Below are positions 42,142 to 60,986 of a DNA stretch of 64,000 nt, one piece after another (position 1 is the stretch's first letter; each line of letters starts with the position of its first letter). Source of the stretch: Octopus vulgaris (taxonomy: Eukaryota); contig OX597814.1 in NCBI GenBank assembly GCA_951406725.2, positions 193,440,001 to 193,504,000 on the forward strand, in the 5' to 3' direction. Under the pieces are notes generated by a model. That model was not told where the DNA came from, made no database searches, and was given only the letters and a program-made list of their open reading frames with translations. Made by a program: the position numbers and the translations under genes.

Positions 42142-42349
42142 TTGAGTAATTGAATGAATTATCTTATTAAGGATAATTCGAAAGATAACCGATACCTGGG
42201 CAGCAAATTCACATCAGAAAGAACACGGTTGAAGCTACGTCCATAGGGCATAGACTACGTGTCTTCGTGCGGAAATTTGTATGTTTATTTTAAAATTATA
42301 AGTATATGAAAGAATGGAGTTGAACGACCAGTTAACAAATATCCTTTAT

Positions 42350-42430
42350 TCTCGACATATGTTTCGAAGGCTGCATATTCCTAATTCCGAAGGAATAAGG
42401 AGTACATTATGCAGATTTCTCATCAGGAAA
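42350..42430 (-). ncRNA. Type I hammerhead ribozyme
   Basis: UUUC-CUGAUGA-GAAaucUGCAUA...UAUGCAGccUUC-GAAAC-AUAU-GUC^GAGA. Confidence 0.82.
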
Positions 42431-42629
42431 ATCAAGGAACTTATGTCGACATCAAAATGCACAAAACACTTTTAGTTGACCGCTCTCAAGGAGCCCATGG
42501 CGATAATCTTTCATATACATACATACATACATACAGACAGACATCTACCGATGAGTCATGATGTAACTAGGACACTGTATAACGAGACCCGTCTAATATA
42601 ATATAATAACAATAATGATAATAATAATA

Positions 42630-47810
<5,181 letters not shown>

Positions 47811-48200
47811 ATAATGATAATATAAAGTATATTTAGTATTTTACGTTTTATTCAACGTACAGGTGTTTCATAATTTCAACTAACTACATTACACAATTCT
47901 ATGTTGAAAAATCATGTTAGCTTAGCAAATTACTTCATCAATGTTTACATACATATTTATTGTATATATTGTATAAATGTATTGTATGTATGTATGTATG
48001 TATGTATGTATGTATGTATGTATGTATGTATGTATGTATGTATGTATGTATGTATGCATGCATGAATGTATGTCTGTATGTATGTGTCTGTCTGTCTGTC
48101 AAATTGGGAAAGTGTCTTCCACTGTAACCCCGATCCGACCAATGCTTTGTATGCGAATTTGGTAGACTGAAAGAGTGTGTAACATACATACATACATACA

Positions 48201-48229
<29 letters not shown>

Positions 48230-48231
<2 letters not shown>

Positions 48232-49810
48232 CTCTTTGAAAATCAAAGGAAAGAGGATATCTATGAACAACTGCTTCGAAATCTCTAGCTTCTGTTTCCA
48301 GACTATGAATTCATATTCATACCAATAATAATTGGAGCACTAAGTTTTGCTAGTAAACGCTTAAAGGAGAATCTGGATAAACTGGGATTTACAGAAAGAG
48401 AGATCGACCGGCTAATTCGTACATTACAAGTGCTATGTATGAGTGGAACAGTAAAAATATACAATGCTTTTCTAAAGTTCCAAATGTAAATTTGACTGTG
48501 TTAACAACATCCCAAAGATGGAGCCTTGTTTCTTTGTTGGAAACCGGCTCCCTCCTGAATGAAAGATTTATGATAATTAAAACAATGAAAGAGACACATA
48601 CATACACACATACATATATATATATATATAAATACACACATACATAGTCTGGGTTTTCTTATACTTGCAAGTCTCCTTTTTGATATTTATTCAAGAAAAA
48701 TACAGCCGTCTCAGGTATCAGACTTGTAGACATTGCTATCAGAATACAAAGACCCTTAGCGTGATTTGAACTCAGAGCACAGTAAGTTGGGACAAACACC
48801 ACTAGGCATTCTATCCAACGCTGTTATTCTTCGCCTATATTGTTATTACAATAGGCATATTATACATACATACATACATACCGTAAATCCTCGAATATAG
48901 TCCACCCTTGAGTATAATACGTAGGGGATTTTTAGGAGGCTGTACCTCTGAAAAACCTAAACCTTGTGTATAATACGCACCCCTTCTCTAACTTGAGTCG
49001 TGCGTAATTAAGCCAGCAACACCTAGTCAAACAAACACTTCCGCTCATGCGTAATACAATAATGGTGATGTTCTTAACTGTTATATGGGAATGTAAATAT
49101 GTTTGCAAATTGTTTTTGTTACATGTTATTCTGTGTTCTGAATACTTTTATTTTAATAAATGTTGCTTAATGCAAGTTATGGATGATTCTTTTAAGACTT
49201 CATTGCTTTCAGGCTTAGCTTAAGGTATTTTCATGCCCGACATCACAAAATGTGTCTGAATAAACATTGCCTGACTTCAAATAGAGACTCGGACATTGCT
49301 TAGAGAATATTTTTTATTTTTAACCTCGTATATAGTACGCACTAGGGACTTTGACCTTTAAATTTTGGGGAAAAAATGCGGATTATACCAGAAAATTTGC
49401 GGCACATACATACATACATACATACATACATACATACATACATACATACTTCAAAACTATTACCAAGTACAAAATAGGCCAGATAGCGTTGTTTGGAAAA
49501 AACAACAAAAGTATCGACCGTTATAGAGGTCGGCTGCTCTATTGATGTTAATATTTCTTCAAAAATCAAAACAAAGATGATAGCTTTGGACAACTGCTTT
49601 GAAACTTTCAGCTTCTATACTCAACTTCTATACCCATATTATACATCCACATTTATACCAATACTGATTGTTTCTCTTGGTTTTATGAGTAAATGCCTAA
49701 GTGACAATCTAGAAAAGCTAGAGTCTTCAGAAAAATATATTAACCAGCTTATTCGTACAGATATCCTGTCAACGTCCAACTAAAAGAAACTACACACCTA
49801 CTACCTAAAC
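48230..49810 (+). mobile_element. Two degraded REL-domain fragments (48230-48590 and 49450-49810) adjoining (TACA)n
   Basis: VIEVGCSIDVNI...QLLYPYY..TFIPILIVSLG and PDYEFIFIPIIIGAL...LKENLDKLGF. Confidence 0.6.
48881..49402. mobile_element. pogo/Tc2-like MITE
   Basis: Imperfect TIRs CCGTAAATCCTCGAATATA / TATACCAGAAAATTTGCGG, preceded by TA. Confidence 0.55.
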
Positions 49811-49868
49811 TCTTGATTATGTAATTAATTTGTTAATCTTCGGATCTGTATTGATACGAAGATTATAA

Positions 49869-51015
49869 GGCGGCGAGCTGGCAGAATCGTTAGCACCCCG
49901 GGCGAAATGCGTAGCCGTATTTCGTCTGCCGTTACGTTCTGAGTTCAAATTCTGCCGAGCTCGACTTTGCCTTTCATCCTTTCGGGGTCGATAAATTAAG
50001 TACCAGTTACGCACTGGGATCGACTTAATCCGTTTGTCTGTCCTTGTTTGTCCCCTCTGTGTTTAGCCCCTTGTGGGTAGTAAAGAAATAGGTATTTCGT
50101 CTGCCGTTACGTTCTGAGTTCAAATTCTGCCGAGCTCGACTTTGCCTTTCATCCTTTCGGGGTCGATAAATTAAGTACCAGTTACGCTCTGGGGTCGATG
50201 TAATCGACTTAATCCGTTTGTCTGTCCTTGTTTGTCCCCTCTGTGTTTAGCCCCTTGTGGGTAGTAAAGAAATAGGTATTTCGTCTGCCGTTACGTTCTG
50301 AGATCAAATTCTGCCGAGCTCGACTTTGCCTTTCATCCTTTCGGGGTCGATAAATTAAGTACCAGTTACACTCTGGGGTCGGTGTCATCGACTTAATCCG
50401 TTTGTCTGTCCTTGTTTGTTCCCTCTGTGTTTAGCCCCTTGTGGGTAGTAAAGAAATAGGTATTTCGTCTGCCGTTACGTTCTGAGTTCAAATTCTGCCG
50501 AGGTCGACTTTGCCTTTCATCCTTTCGGGGTCGATAAATTAAGTACCAGTTACACTCTGGGGTCAGTGTCATCGACTTAATCCGTTTATCTGTCCTTGTT
50601 TGTCCCCTCTGTGTTTAGTCCCTTGTGGGTAGTAAAGAAATAGGTATTTCGTCTGCCGTTACGTTCTGAGTTCAAATTCTGCCGAGCTTGACTTTGCCTT
50701 TCATCCTTTCGGGGTCGATAAATTAAGTACCAGTTACACCCTGGGGTCGGTGTCATCGACTTAATCCGTTTGTCTGTCCTTGTTTGTCCCTTCCGTGTTT
50801 AGCCCCTTGTGGGTAGTAAAGAAATAGGTATTTCGTCTGCCGTTACGTTCTGAGTTCAAATTCTGCCGAGCTCGACTTTGCCTTTCATCCTTTCGGGGTC
50901 GATAAATTAAGAACCAGTTACGCTCTGGGGTCGATGTAATCGACTTAATCCGTTTGTCTGTCCTTGTTTGTCTCCTCTGTGTTTTGCCCCTTGTGGGTCG
51001 TAAATAAATAGGTAT
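49869..51015 (+). repeat. Tandem hexamer of SINE family B (184-bp period; only the first unit has the 5' head)
   Basis: Unit starts at 49918, 50093, 50277, 50461, 50645 and 50829. Confidence 0.95.
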
Positions 51016-51634
51016 TGATTCGAAGAGCTTAGCATTGTCAGTTAATAAATTATTTAACGATTGCGCAACAATCTTAATTACCTCGAGCACACATCAATAT
51101 TACTTTTCTACAGCAATCGGCCTATAGGGGAATCGAATCGGTGAGTGAGTCGTAAGATGTGAAAAGTGATACACGACTTTTCCAGAAACAAAATAAATCA
51201 CAAATTTTTCGGTATGGACAGCTGCAAACTCTAACGGTGATGCACCAGGATATTGATGCTGTCGTACGAATCAGCTATCAGAGAATGTAACACTGAAATC
51301 CATTTGATTAAATCCGTAGGAGTAAACCCAGTTCAGTATGACTTACGTCATCATGTCACAACCCACTTCCAGCATGTTGTACAAATAAGAAAAAAGAAAA
51401 TACCTGTCAAGTTTCTTCCTATTTTCAAAATGTGAGTTTTATTTTCAGCTTCTATATTTTAATATTTACCCCGATTTTAATTTACTCGTCGTTTTATATT
51501 TTAATATCTATTCCGATTTTAAATTACTTATTGTGAATGTTTCTCTTAAACATTTTATTATAAAATGAGATGGCACTTTTCAGAGAGTCATAGTGCCTCA
51601 ATATAACACACTCACCGGTTCAATTTCCACTCAT

Positions 51635-51665
<31 letters not shown>

Positions 51666-52870
51666 TTCATTCCAGAAAGGTTTTTCATCGCTGCATTTGC
51701 GACCGTATCATTGGAATTTGACTCTGACTCAAAACTAAATAAATAAATAAATAAGTGAGTGGAAGTTGAACTGATGAGTGTGTTATATTAAGGCAACATG
51801 GCTCTCCCCAGACACAACAAAATTTGTTTCAACTCACGAATTCACATAAGGAATCTTGTAAATCAGATACAAAAACGAAATATAAAAGATTGATTATTTC
51901 AATAAATAATGTTCTTGTTCTGTTGTATCTGGGGAGAGTCATTTTAGTTTTGTGTCTTATAATTTAACACACTTGCAACATTTTCTATAGTCAAGACTAT
52001 TGAAAAGGTTGCAAGACGCAACGAAAATTTTAGGAAAATAAAAATAAATAAGTAAGAATAAATAAGTAAAAATAAATAAGAAATAAGTGGAAATTTTACT
52101 GGTGAGTGTGTTAAATTATAAGGCACAAAAAGAAAATGACTCTCCCCAGGCACAACAGAATATGCTTCAACACACGAACTCACATAAAGAATCTTGTAAA
52201 CCAAATCCAAAAACGAAATGCTCTTGTTGTTTTAATGTATATTATTGGGTACGGCTGTGTGGTTAGAAATCTCGCTTGGCACCTACATAGTTTGAAGATC
52301 AGTTCCACTTTGTGGAACCTTGAGTAAATCAAACCCACACATTAATATTTATACTAGATTGCAACAGAGGTCAATAGTGGTCAGTTACAGCAAGCCTGCT
52401 GAATGGTTAGCACGCGGGGCAAAACACATAGCGGCATTTTGCTCGTCTTTACGTTCTGAGTTCAAATTCTGTCGAGGTCGACATTGCCTTTCATCCTTTC
52501 GGAGTAGGTAAAATAAGTACCATTTGAGCAATGGGACCGATGTAAGCGATTGTATAAAAATTTGAAGTGTGTGTGTGTGTGTGTATGTGTGTGTATGTAT
52601 GTATGTATACCGAAACCAGTAATATATTCTTTATACAATTTTTTAAAAATCATTTTTACTAAATTCCTTAAATTGAAATATCTTAGACTTACTTCTGTGC
52701 TATTTCCACCTCCATCCTTTATATATAAAGATTTGATTTCTATAGATCTCTAATCTTTATATATATATATATAACGTAAAAGACTTTTCTATTCCTGAGC
52801 GCTATACTAATACATTTGTTTGTTTGTACACCACCTGCCTTCGTCTTTTGTTTATTTTCGTTAACTTTCC

Positions 52871-52924
<54 letters not shown>

Positions 52925-53020
52925 AATAAGTCCCGGGGTCGACTTGCTCGACTAAAGGTGGTGCTCCAGCATGGCCACAGTCAAATGACTGAAACAAGTA
53001 AAAAGAGAAAAAGAGAGAGA

Positions 53021-53970
53021 TATATCTAATATAGGATAGAATTTTTTTCGAAAGAAATTATTTTCCCCAAAAAATTTTATCAATGGCCAGCATATTAAAA
53101 AAATACCTTTAAAGGTTAAAATTATAAACAATTCATAAATAAGGGCAAACGAAAAAAATTTCTAATGCCAAATATGCCGAAAAATTGGACATATTGTCCA
53201 TTAACCATATAATTTTTTCAAAATACGCACGCTACTCGAAAAAAGTTGGACAGAAATTTCTTAAAAATTCCATTATTACCATATCGGACCGATTTCAGGG
53301 TTAGCTTATAACACCCCTCCCTTCGTCAGTGATACATGTAGCAAAAGAAATAAATGAGATACTTACTCATACCCATGGAAGAAGCAAATACTAAGTCATG
53401 AGCACAATTAAGTACCCCAAATACATCCAAAATAGAAATACTCTAGCCCATTCGAGACACGTGCGATTTGAACTGATGCTCTCCCAGAGTGAAAGAGTCC
53501 GGAAGTGAACGCTTAAATTTATATCTAATATAGGATTAAATTTTTTTCGAAAAATTTTTTTTCCAAAAAAATTTTATCAATGGCCAGCATATTAAAAAAA
53601 TACCTTTAAAGGTTAAAATTATAAACAATTCATAAATAAGGGCAAACGAAAAAAATTTCTAATGCCAAATATGCCGAAAAATTGGACATATTGTCCATTA
53701 ACCATATATTTTTTTCACAATACGCACGCTACTCGAAAAAAGTTGGACAGAAATTTCTTAAAAATTCCATTATTACCATATCGGACCGATTTCAGGGTTA
53801 GCTTATAACAGCCCTCCCTTCGTCAGTGATACATGTGGCAAAAGAAATAAATGAGATGAGAAGTAGCGTGCGTATTGTGAAAAAATTATATGGTTAATGG
53901 ACAATATGACCAATTTTTCGGCATATTTGGCATTAGACATTTTTTCGTTTGCCCTTATTTATGAATTGTA
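53021..53970. mobile_element. Tandem (about 498-bp period) plus inverted terminal segment, HHR in each unit
   Basis: ATATCTAATATAGGAT at 53022 and 53521; 53858-53968 is an inverted copy of part of the unit. Confidence 0.88.
53277..53334 (-). ncRNA. Type I hammerhead ribozyme (second copy 53774-53831)
   Basis: UAUCA-CUGACGA-AGGG...CCCU-GAAA-UCGGUCCGA-UA^UGGUA. Confidence 0.82.
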
Positions 53971-53974
53971 TATA

Positions 53975-54019
<45 letters not shown>

Positions 54020-54535
54020 GGAAACTCAGTGATTAACTGTTGTTACCACTGTTGTACAGAAACAATTGTTGTGTTTTGTTAATTCAAATCTATTCATTCT
54101 TCTTGGTTACAAAATTTTTATATAAATTCCGTATACACTAACGGAGTTACACATGCAGTTTCAGAAAAAAAGAATAATATGATGGCATACGGTAGCCGAT
54201 TGCCGCATTGGAGCTTTTGAATGCACGTTATAAGGTTATTACCCAGATAATATTAAACACACAGACACATTAATGTTTGTTTTATGTTCAGTTATAATAA
54301 AAACAATTTAAAATTTTAAAATTAATCTAAAGGTTTACCCCATACTTTTGTAGAGTACAACTTTATAATTCTTAAACAAGAATACTATTGATACTGATTT
54401 CGAGGTTTCCATCAGTTATGTCATCATCAGATTTTGTGTGTGTGTGTGTGCGCGCGCGCATGCATGTCTGTCTATTTATCTGAAGATAGATAAATTGATA
54501 GAGAGAGAGGGAGAGCGAATAGATAGACAGATAGG

Positions 54536-54596
<61 letters not shown>

Positions 54597-54701
54597 TGAT
54601 TGATAGATAGATAGATGGATATATAGATAGATAGATTGATAGATAGATAGACGGATAGATAGATAGATTGATAGATAGATAGATGGATAGATAGATAGAT
54701 T

Positions 54702-54760
<59 letters not shown>

Positions 54761-54813
54761 CTATGTATGTATATATGTATCAAATAAAATTAAAAACAGA
54801 ACACAAAGGATAT

Positions 54814-54906
54814 CGCGGTACACGTGTTTCAAGCTTTATAAACAATCCATTATTACAACAGTGTATTATTGATATAAAAGATGGCTTAAAGCTCTCTTCA
54901 GCCGCA
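54814..54906 (-). ncRNA. Type I hammerhead ribozyme
   Basis: UGCGG-CUGAAGA-GAGCUUUA...UAAAGCUU-GAAAC-ACGU-GUA^CCGCG. Confidence 0.85.
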
Positions 54907-55112
54907 AACATTGTTAGTCCAAAGAATTACATCACATATGAAAAGATATGTATATATGTATGTATGCATGTGTGCATGTACATATATGGAATTGCCCCTC
55001 TGTTTCTGCGCTATCTTGGTTAGCACGGTTTCCCTTCAGCACGGATTTCGTCGAATTTATTTCTCTGATTTGCTCCACTTTACTACAGGCTCACCTCTTC
55101 ATTTCCGTTTCG

Positions 55113-55482
55113 GTTTTTACCACCGCCTTCACTCAGGCTGAGATATTGTTTTCAGTCTTGTTTGTTTGCTTGCTTGTCCGTGGACAAGATATCTCAAGAA
55201 CCACTGCATGGATTCGGATGAAACTTTCAGGGATGTTTGGCCTCGTGACTGGCACGAACTGATAAGATTTTGGGAATCCGGTACTGGACAGGGATGCTAG
55301 GTTATATTTCCGGTTTTTTACTTAATTTTTGAGAGCGGTTGGGTTCATTTTTAGTATTCTCGTTTGTGAGAGCAGTCGAGTTTATTTAAGATATTCTCAT
55401 TTTAAAAATCATCTCCGGCTACTTGCTGAGAGGATGTTGGTGTTTCCTCGGCAGAGGTTTGCGGTCCATGAGTGCTCTTGTT
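55113..55482 (+). mobile_element. Helentron/DINE-like non-autonomous element
   Basis: TTACCACCGCC start, (GTTT)n, subterminal inverted GGCAGAGGT and terminal hairpin-like end in a T-rich target. Confidence 0.5.
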
Positions 55483-56261
55483 CATTTTCCTTTTATTTTA
55501 CTTTCATTTCATTTTTTGTCTTTAAACTGTCACGTATACTAGTATATTTTTATTATTATACTTACTTTTACTTACTATACTTTTACTTGTTTCGGTCATT
55601 TGACTGCGGCCATGCTGGAGCACCGCCTTTATTCGAGCAACTCGACCCCGGGACTTATTCTTTTGTAAGCCCAGTACTTATTCTATCGGTCTCTTTTGCC
55701 CAACCGCTAAGTAACGGGGACCTAAACACACCAGCATCGTTTGTCAAGCAATGCCAGGGGGACAAACACAGATACACAAACACACACACGCATATATATA
55801 TATATATATACATATATACGACGGGCTTCTTTGAGTTTCCGTCTACCAAATCCACTCACAAGGCTTTGGTCGGCCCGAGGCTATAGTAGAAGACACTTGC
55901 CCAAGGTGCCACGCAGTGGGACTGAACCCGGAACCATGTGGTTGGTAAACAAGCTACTTACCACACAGCCACTCCCGCGCCTATGTAAACAAGCTAGTTA
56001 CCACACAGCCACCCCCGCGCCTTTTACTTACTATACTTTTACTTGTTTCGGTCATTTGACTGCGGCCATGCTGGAGCACCGCCCTTAGTCGAGCAAATAG
56101 ACGACCCCAAGACTTATTCTTTGTAAGCTTAGTACTTATTCTATCGGTCTCTTTTGCCCAACCGCTAAGTTACGGGGACGTAAACACACCAGCATCGGTT
56201 GTCAAGCGATGTTGGGGGGACAAACACAGATATACAAACATATATACACATACATACATAC

Positions 56262-57040
56262 ATGTTCGAGAGATGGAATGACTGGTAGGATGAATGCGAG
56301 TATAAATGGTGAGATGTTAGAGGAGGTGGGTGTTTTTAAGCCTCTGGGATCATATGTGATGGCGGATTGGGGAGGTGATTGGCTGAGGAGGTAGGATACA
56401 GTGAGGGAGGGGAGCAAGATACTTGGAGTTATGAAAGGTATGCTGAGAGATAAAAGGTTGAGTATGAAAGCAAAAAGAGGCGTTTATGAGGGCGTGATTG
56501 TGCCGACAATGTTATATGGTGCAGAGACGTGGCGGCTGAGAGAGGCAGAAAGGAGGCGACTGGATGTGTTTGAGATGAGATGTCTGAGGGCTATGGTTGG
56601 TGTGACACGGATGGACAGGATTAAGAATGAGGAGGTGCGAAGACGAGCAGGAATGAGAGAAAAACTGACAATCAAATTGGATAGACGAATGTTGAGGTGG
56701 TTTGGCCACATGGAGAGGATGGTAAGGAGGGTGATGAAGACAGAAGTGGTAGACAGCAGAACCAGAGGCAGACCTCGGTTTGTGTGGATGGATGGAGTGA
56801 GGAAAGCTTTGGTGGTTAGAGGTGTTGGAGTGAAAGAGGCAAGAGAGTTTATAAACGATAGGAAAGCTTGGAGAGTGTTTGTGGACGGATGAGTGAATTT
56901 TGAATTTGCTCAGAAGGATACAGAACCAGCATGATGCAGCAGGGGTAAACAGTATATGCTGTCGGTCCCCACTGCTGATACTGGGGGTTGCTTTCTATGC
57001 CTTGACCCAAGCATAGAACGGGGCTCACCCCATTGAGCTG
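56262..57040 (+). mobile_element. RTE-clade LINE 3' end
   Basis: VYEGVIVPTMLYGAETW...FEMRCLR..GVTRMDRIKNEEVR...LRWFGHMERM...RGRP..W. Confidence 0.9.
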
Positions 57041-57110
57041 GGAAATGGATGGAATGCTTAGTGTGTGTCTTGTGGCTACCCACTCCTAAAAAAAAAGGAA
57101 CTAGTCTTTG

Positions 57111-57156
<46 letters not shown>

Positions 57157-57596
57157 ATTTTCTGCGTTAATTCCGATTTTGTTATTTATCTGTTCCAGAA
57201 AAATTGCAGAAAAATGTTATTGAGGTTTACAGTTTAATCAATTTGACCCAATCAGAAAACTGGATTTCGAAGCTGGCATTTTCTGCATAATAGCTGTCTA
57301 TCATAAAATGAGAGCAAAATCATTACGAGGAGGAATTTTTATTAAACAAACGAAAGCAAAGCATTACGACAACCAAAGTTGTAAGAAATTCTGAAGTTTT
57401 AATAAGTTTTAATGAATATATGTCATGCAACGGGCCTTTCAGTTTCTGTCTATCAAATCCACTATAGTGGCTATAGTAGAAGACACTTGCCCAAGGTAGA
57501 CAGACAGACAGATAGACAGATAGATAGTTAGACAGACAGACAGACAGATAGATAGACAGATAGACAGACAGATAGATAGACAGATAGACAGACAGG

Positions 57597-57662
<66 letters not shown>

Positions 57663-58760
57663 TTAGACTCACAGACTACCCCACAAAAAAATTCTGAGTA
57701 TGTAAATCTATAGCTTTAAGTTATGGACCTAATATTTCAAGTTACTCTAATTATCAAAATAACATAAGCACAGACATGGCTGTGGGGTTATGAAGTTCAC
57801 TTTGGAGCAACATGGTCCTGGTTTCAGTTCCGTTGCGTGGTACCTTAGTCAAGTATCTTCTATAGCTCCAATTGACAAATGCCATGTTGTAAATTTGGTA
57901 GACGGAAACTGTGTGGAAACCCGTCGTATATACATGTGTTTTTTTGTGTCTTCGTATCTGTTTTTGTCACCCACCTCACTTGATGGTGCTGGTTTGTTTA
58001 CGTTCTTGTAACTTAGCGGCTGGGCAGCAGAGACCGATGGACTTTAAAACAATAAGTACTGAGATCGATTTGTTCGGTTAAAGTGGTGCCCCAGTATGGC
58101 CGCAGTCCAACAACTGAAATAAGTAAAGGATAAAAGATGCCTAACCAGGATACTATTATAGCGATGAATTACAACCTCATTCTTAGTTTGTAAACAATTG
58201 AACCGACGAAATTTAAACAATATTAAGACATTGAGAAAAACAACGCTCTTTAATATTTTCAACACAATCGCATTTCTGTTCTCGTACATAAATACTCCTC
58301 ACTCAGACGAGAAAATACCATGAAGAAGGATATCCTGAAGAGTTCCCGGGCAAATACATGAATACAGCTCTGTGCTACACCCGCCAAGAAAAGACCTGGT
58401 TGACCTGATATTTGAGGAAAACTGAAGAGCAGTGTTCCTGCTAAGCTGTATCATCGTGAGCGCGCACACGTTTTACAGTTAGCGCTTAAGAAAAAAGGAA
58501 AATGTGTGCGCCCAAGGTTTTCAAGATAAAATCGAGGTCCTTTTAATTGAAAAACACTTAGCGATGGTTAGTCACATGGCTGTGTTCAGATTTTGCAAAA
58601 TAAAACAAAATTGCACACGAGCAGGTATGGTTATACGGTTAAGAAGATCGCTTGGCCACTGTATGGTTTCGGGTTCAATCCCACTGCGTGACACCTTGTT
58701 CAACTAATACCTTGTGAATAAATTTGGTAGTCGGAAACTGTATAGAAGCCCGTCTATTAA

Positions 58761-58807
<47 letters not shown>

Positions 58808-58944
58808 GAAATTTACAGAAAAACAAAAGACGAAGACAGGTGTAAGAACAACAAGCATATGTATTAGTTTGACGCTCATACATACATACATACATACATA
58901 CATACATACATACATACATACATACATACATACATAATTATATA

Positions 58945-58985
<41 letters not shown>

Positions 58986-59075
58986 GAGAATTCACAGAAT
59001 AAATACAAAAGACGAAGACAGGTGGTGTAGACACCAAACAGATGCATTAGTATAACGCTCGGGAAGTGAAGAAGT

Positions 59076-59111
59076 CTTTAACGTTTCGAGCCTACGCTCT
59101 TCCACAGAAAG
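59076..59111 (-). ncRNA. Minimal hammerhead-like motif (variant core CUGUGGA)
   Basis: CUUU-CUGUGGA-A-GAGC guag GCUC-GAAA-CG-UU-AAAG; the 3' flank recurs at about 1876, 9240, 14041, 52775 and 58805. Confidence 0.55.
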
Positions 59112-60986
59112 GAACACAGAAAGAAACAAGGAGAGAAAATAATGTGCAGTGGCTAGCGATCTATCATGGCGAATCGCACATATAAAAGAAGAGAGAGGGA
59201 GAAGAAGGAAGTGTGTGTGAGGGAGGGAGAGAGGAGGGAGAGACAGACAGACAGACAGACAGACAACGGTGGGTGAGAGGCATAAAAATAGAGAATTATA
59301 AAAGCTTTTGATGTCAAGTAAGTCAGCGTCGAATCAGCGACTCGAAACAAACGGTGCCAAAACGATTGTCCAAAACGTCTCACAGCTATTATTGGGTTAG
59401 CAATGCCTACAGAATTTAGAATGTTCCAGCAAATTTGCCGCCTGTAGTCATTTGCTCTTTATCTGGCTTCCTTTTGTAATCTATTTTGTTTTGCTATTTT
59501 AAGACTCTTCCTTTTATATATTTTGTTATAATCAGAAATACAGTTTAGTTTTATGCAGTCAATAGATCTACTTTGTTGATTTACTTTGTTTAAGAGAAGT
59601 CATTAGTGTTTCCTTGTCAATTCTAAACGGCAGTTTACTGATCTTGAAATACTTACTTTAAATAACAGAATACTGGCTCAGACACTTAGTTAAAATTAAT
59701 CTTTTCTACTCTACACAAAGTCGACCTCGGCGGAATTTTAACTCAGAACGCAAAGACAAATGAAATACCTACCGCTAAGCATTTCGCCCGGCGTGCTAAC
59801 GTTTCTTATTTCTTTATTACCCACATAGAGGGAACAAACAAGGACAGACAAACGGATTAAGTCGATTACATCGACCCCAGTGCGTAACTTATTTAATCGA
59901 CCCCGAAAAGATGAAAGGCAAAGACGACCTCGGCGGAATTTGAACCCAGAACGTAACGGCAGACGAAATACTGCTAAGTATTTCGCCCGGCGTGCTAACG
60001 TTTCTGCCAGCTCGCCGCCTTACCTGGTTAAAATTAATAGCACAGTACTAATCGACTCGGTACATATTGTCCAAGTTCAGTATGAATGACTGGGGTCTAG
60101 TGCTCTTTTCACTGTTTAAAGTTTAGAAGATCCACACCCAAAGAATAATTGAACGAACTTATATGATCCAAGACACGCAATATTTGAGTATTTTATCTTT
60201 TTAAACCTATCCTGAATCTCATTATCTAATGTATATCTCCTCTTTTTAAAGAGTAGCGTGCAATCTAATGGAGATTTTTTTGCTATTTCTGGCTGGTCGA
60301 ATGTCACTCCTGCGTTGGCTCACAAAGTGCTTACTTCTAACTGTTGAGTTTTTCTTGTGAAATCCTCGTGCTGCATCAAATTCGTTTTTTTTAAAAACTT
60401 AATTCAGAGAAAGGACTGTGACCACGACTTTTCTGTGATCTCCCAGATTGGTCACTTCAGTTTATTATGAAGGTGGTCACTTCAGTGTATTATGATGGTT
60501 AGATGTGTGGCAGCAGAGCAATTTCGAGTATGTGAGTAATATGTTAATATGGGGCATAGTTGATTCGTAACTGGTCAGTGAGTTTAACTATTTTTAGGCC
60601 TTAAGGAGAAAGTCTAGCCATTGGTATACACATAGATTTAACGAGAGATATCTACGTTGCATCCGGGTAACGCATGTGCGCGGTATTCTGCGATAAATGA
60701 AGAGTGTTAACATCTGCAATTAAATAAGCGTTGTCAGAGGTCACTGCAAACAGAACGTTATTGTACTGGACGAAATATTTGGAAGATGTATCCGAATGTT
60801 GGGATACGCCAAAGTTGATAGTATGAATCACAAAGAATACCACCGGCGCTTGTGGAGGTGATGTCATCTCACAGGAAGTTTCCAAACGAATTTATTTGGC
60901 GACCCAATATGAGAGATGTGATCCACCTAAAAAAAAATGCTTCAATTGTCTCAGGAAGAGTTTACTTGTTCCAGTCATTAGACTGT

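Noticed and set aside
49869-51015. CRISPR-like regular array
   Set aside because: Units are contiguous 184-bp SINE bodies with no unique spacers and no cas genes, in eukaryotic DNA
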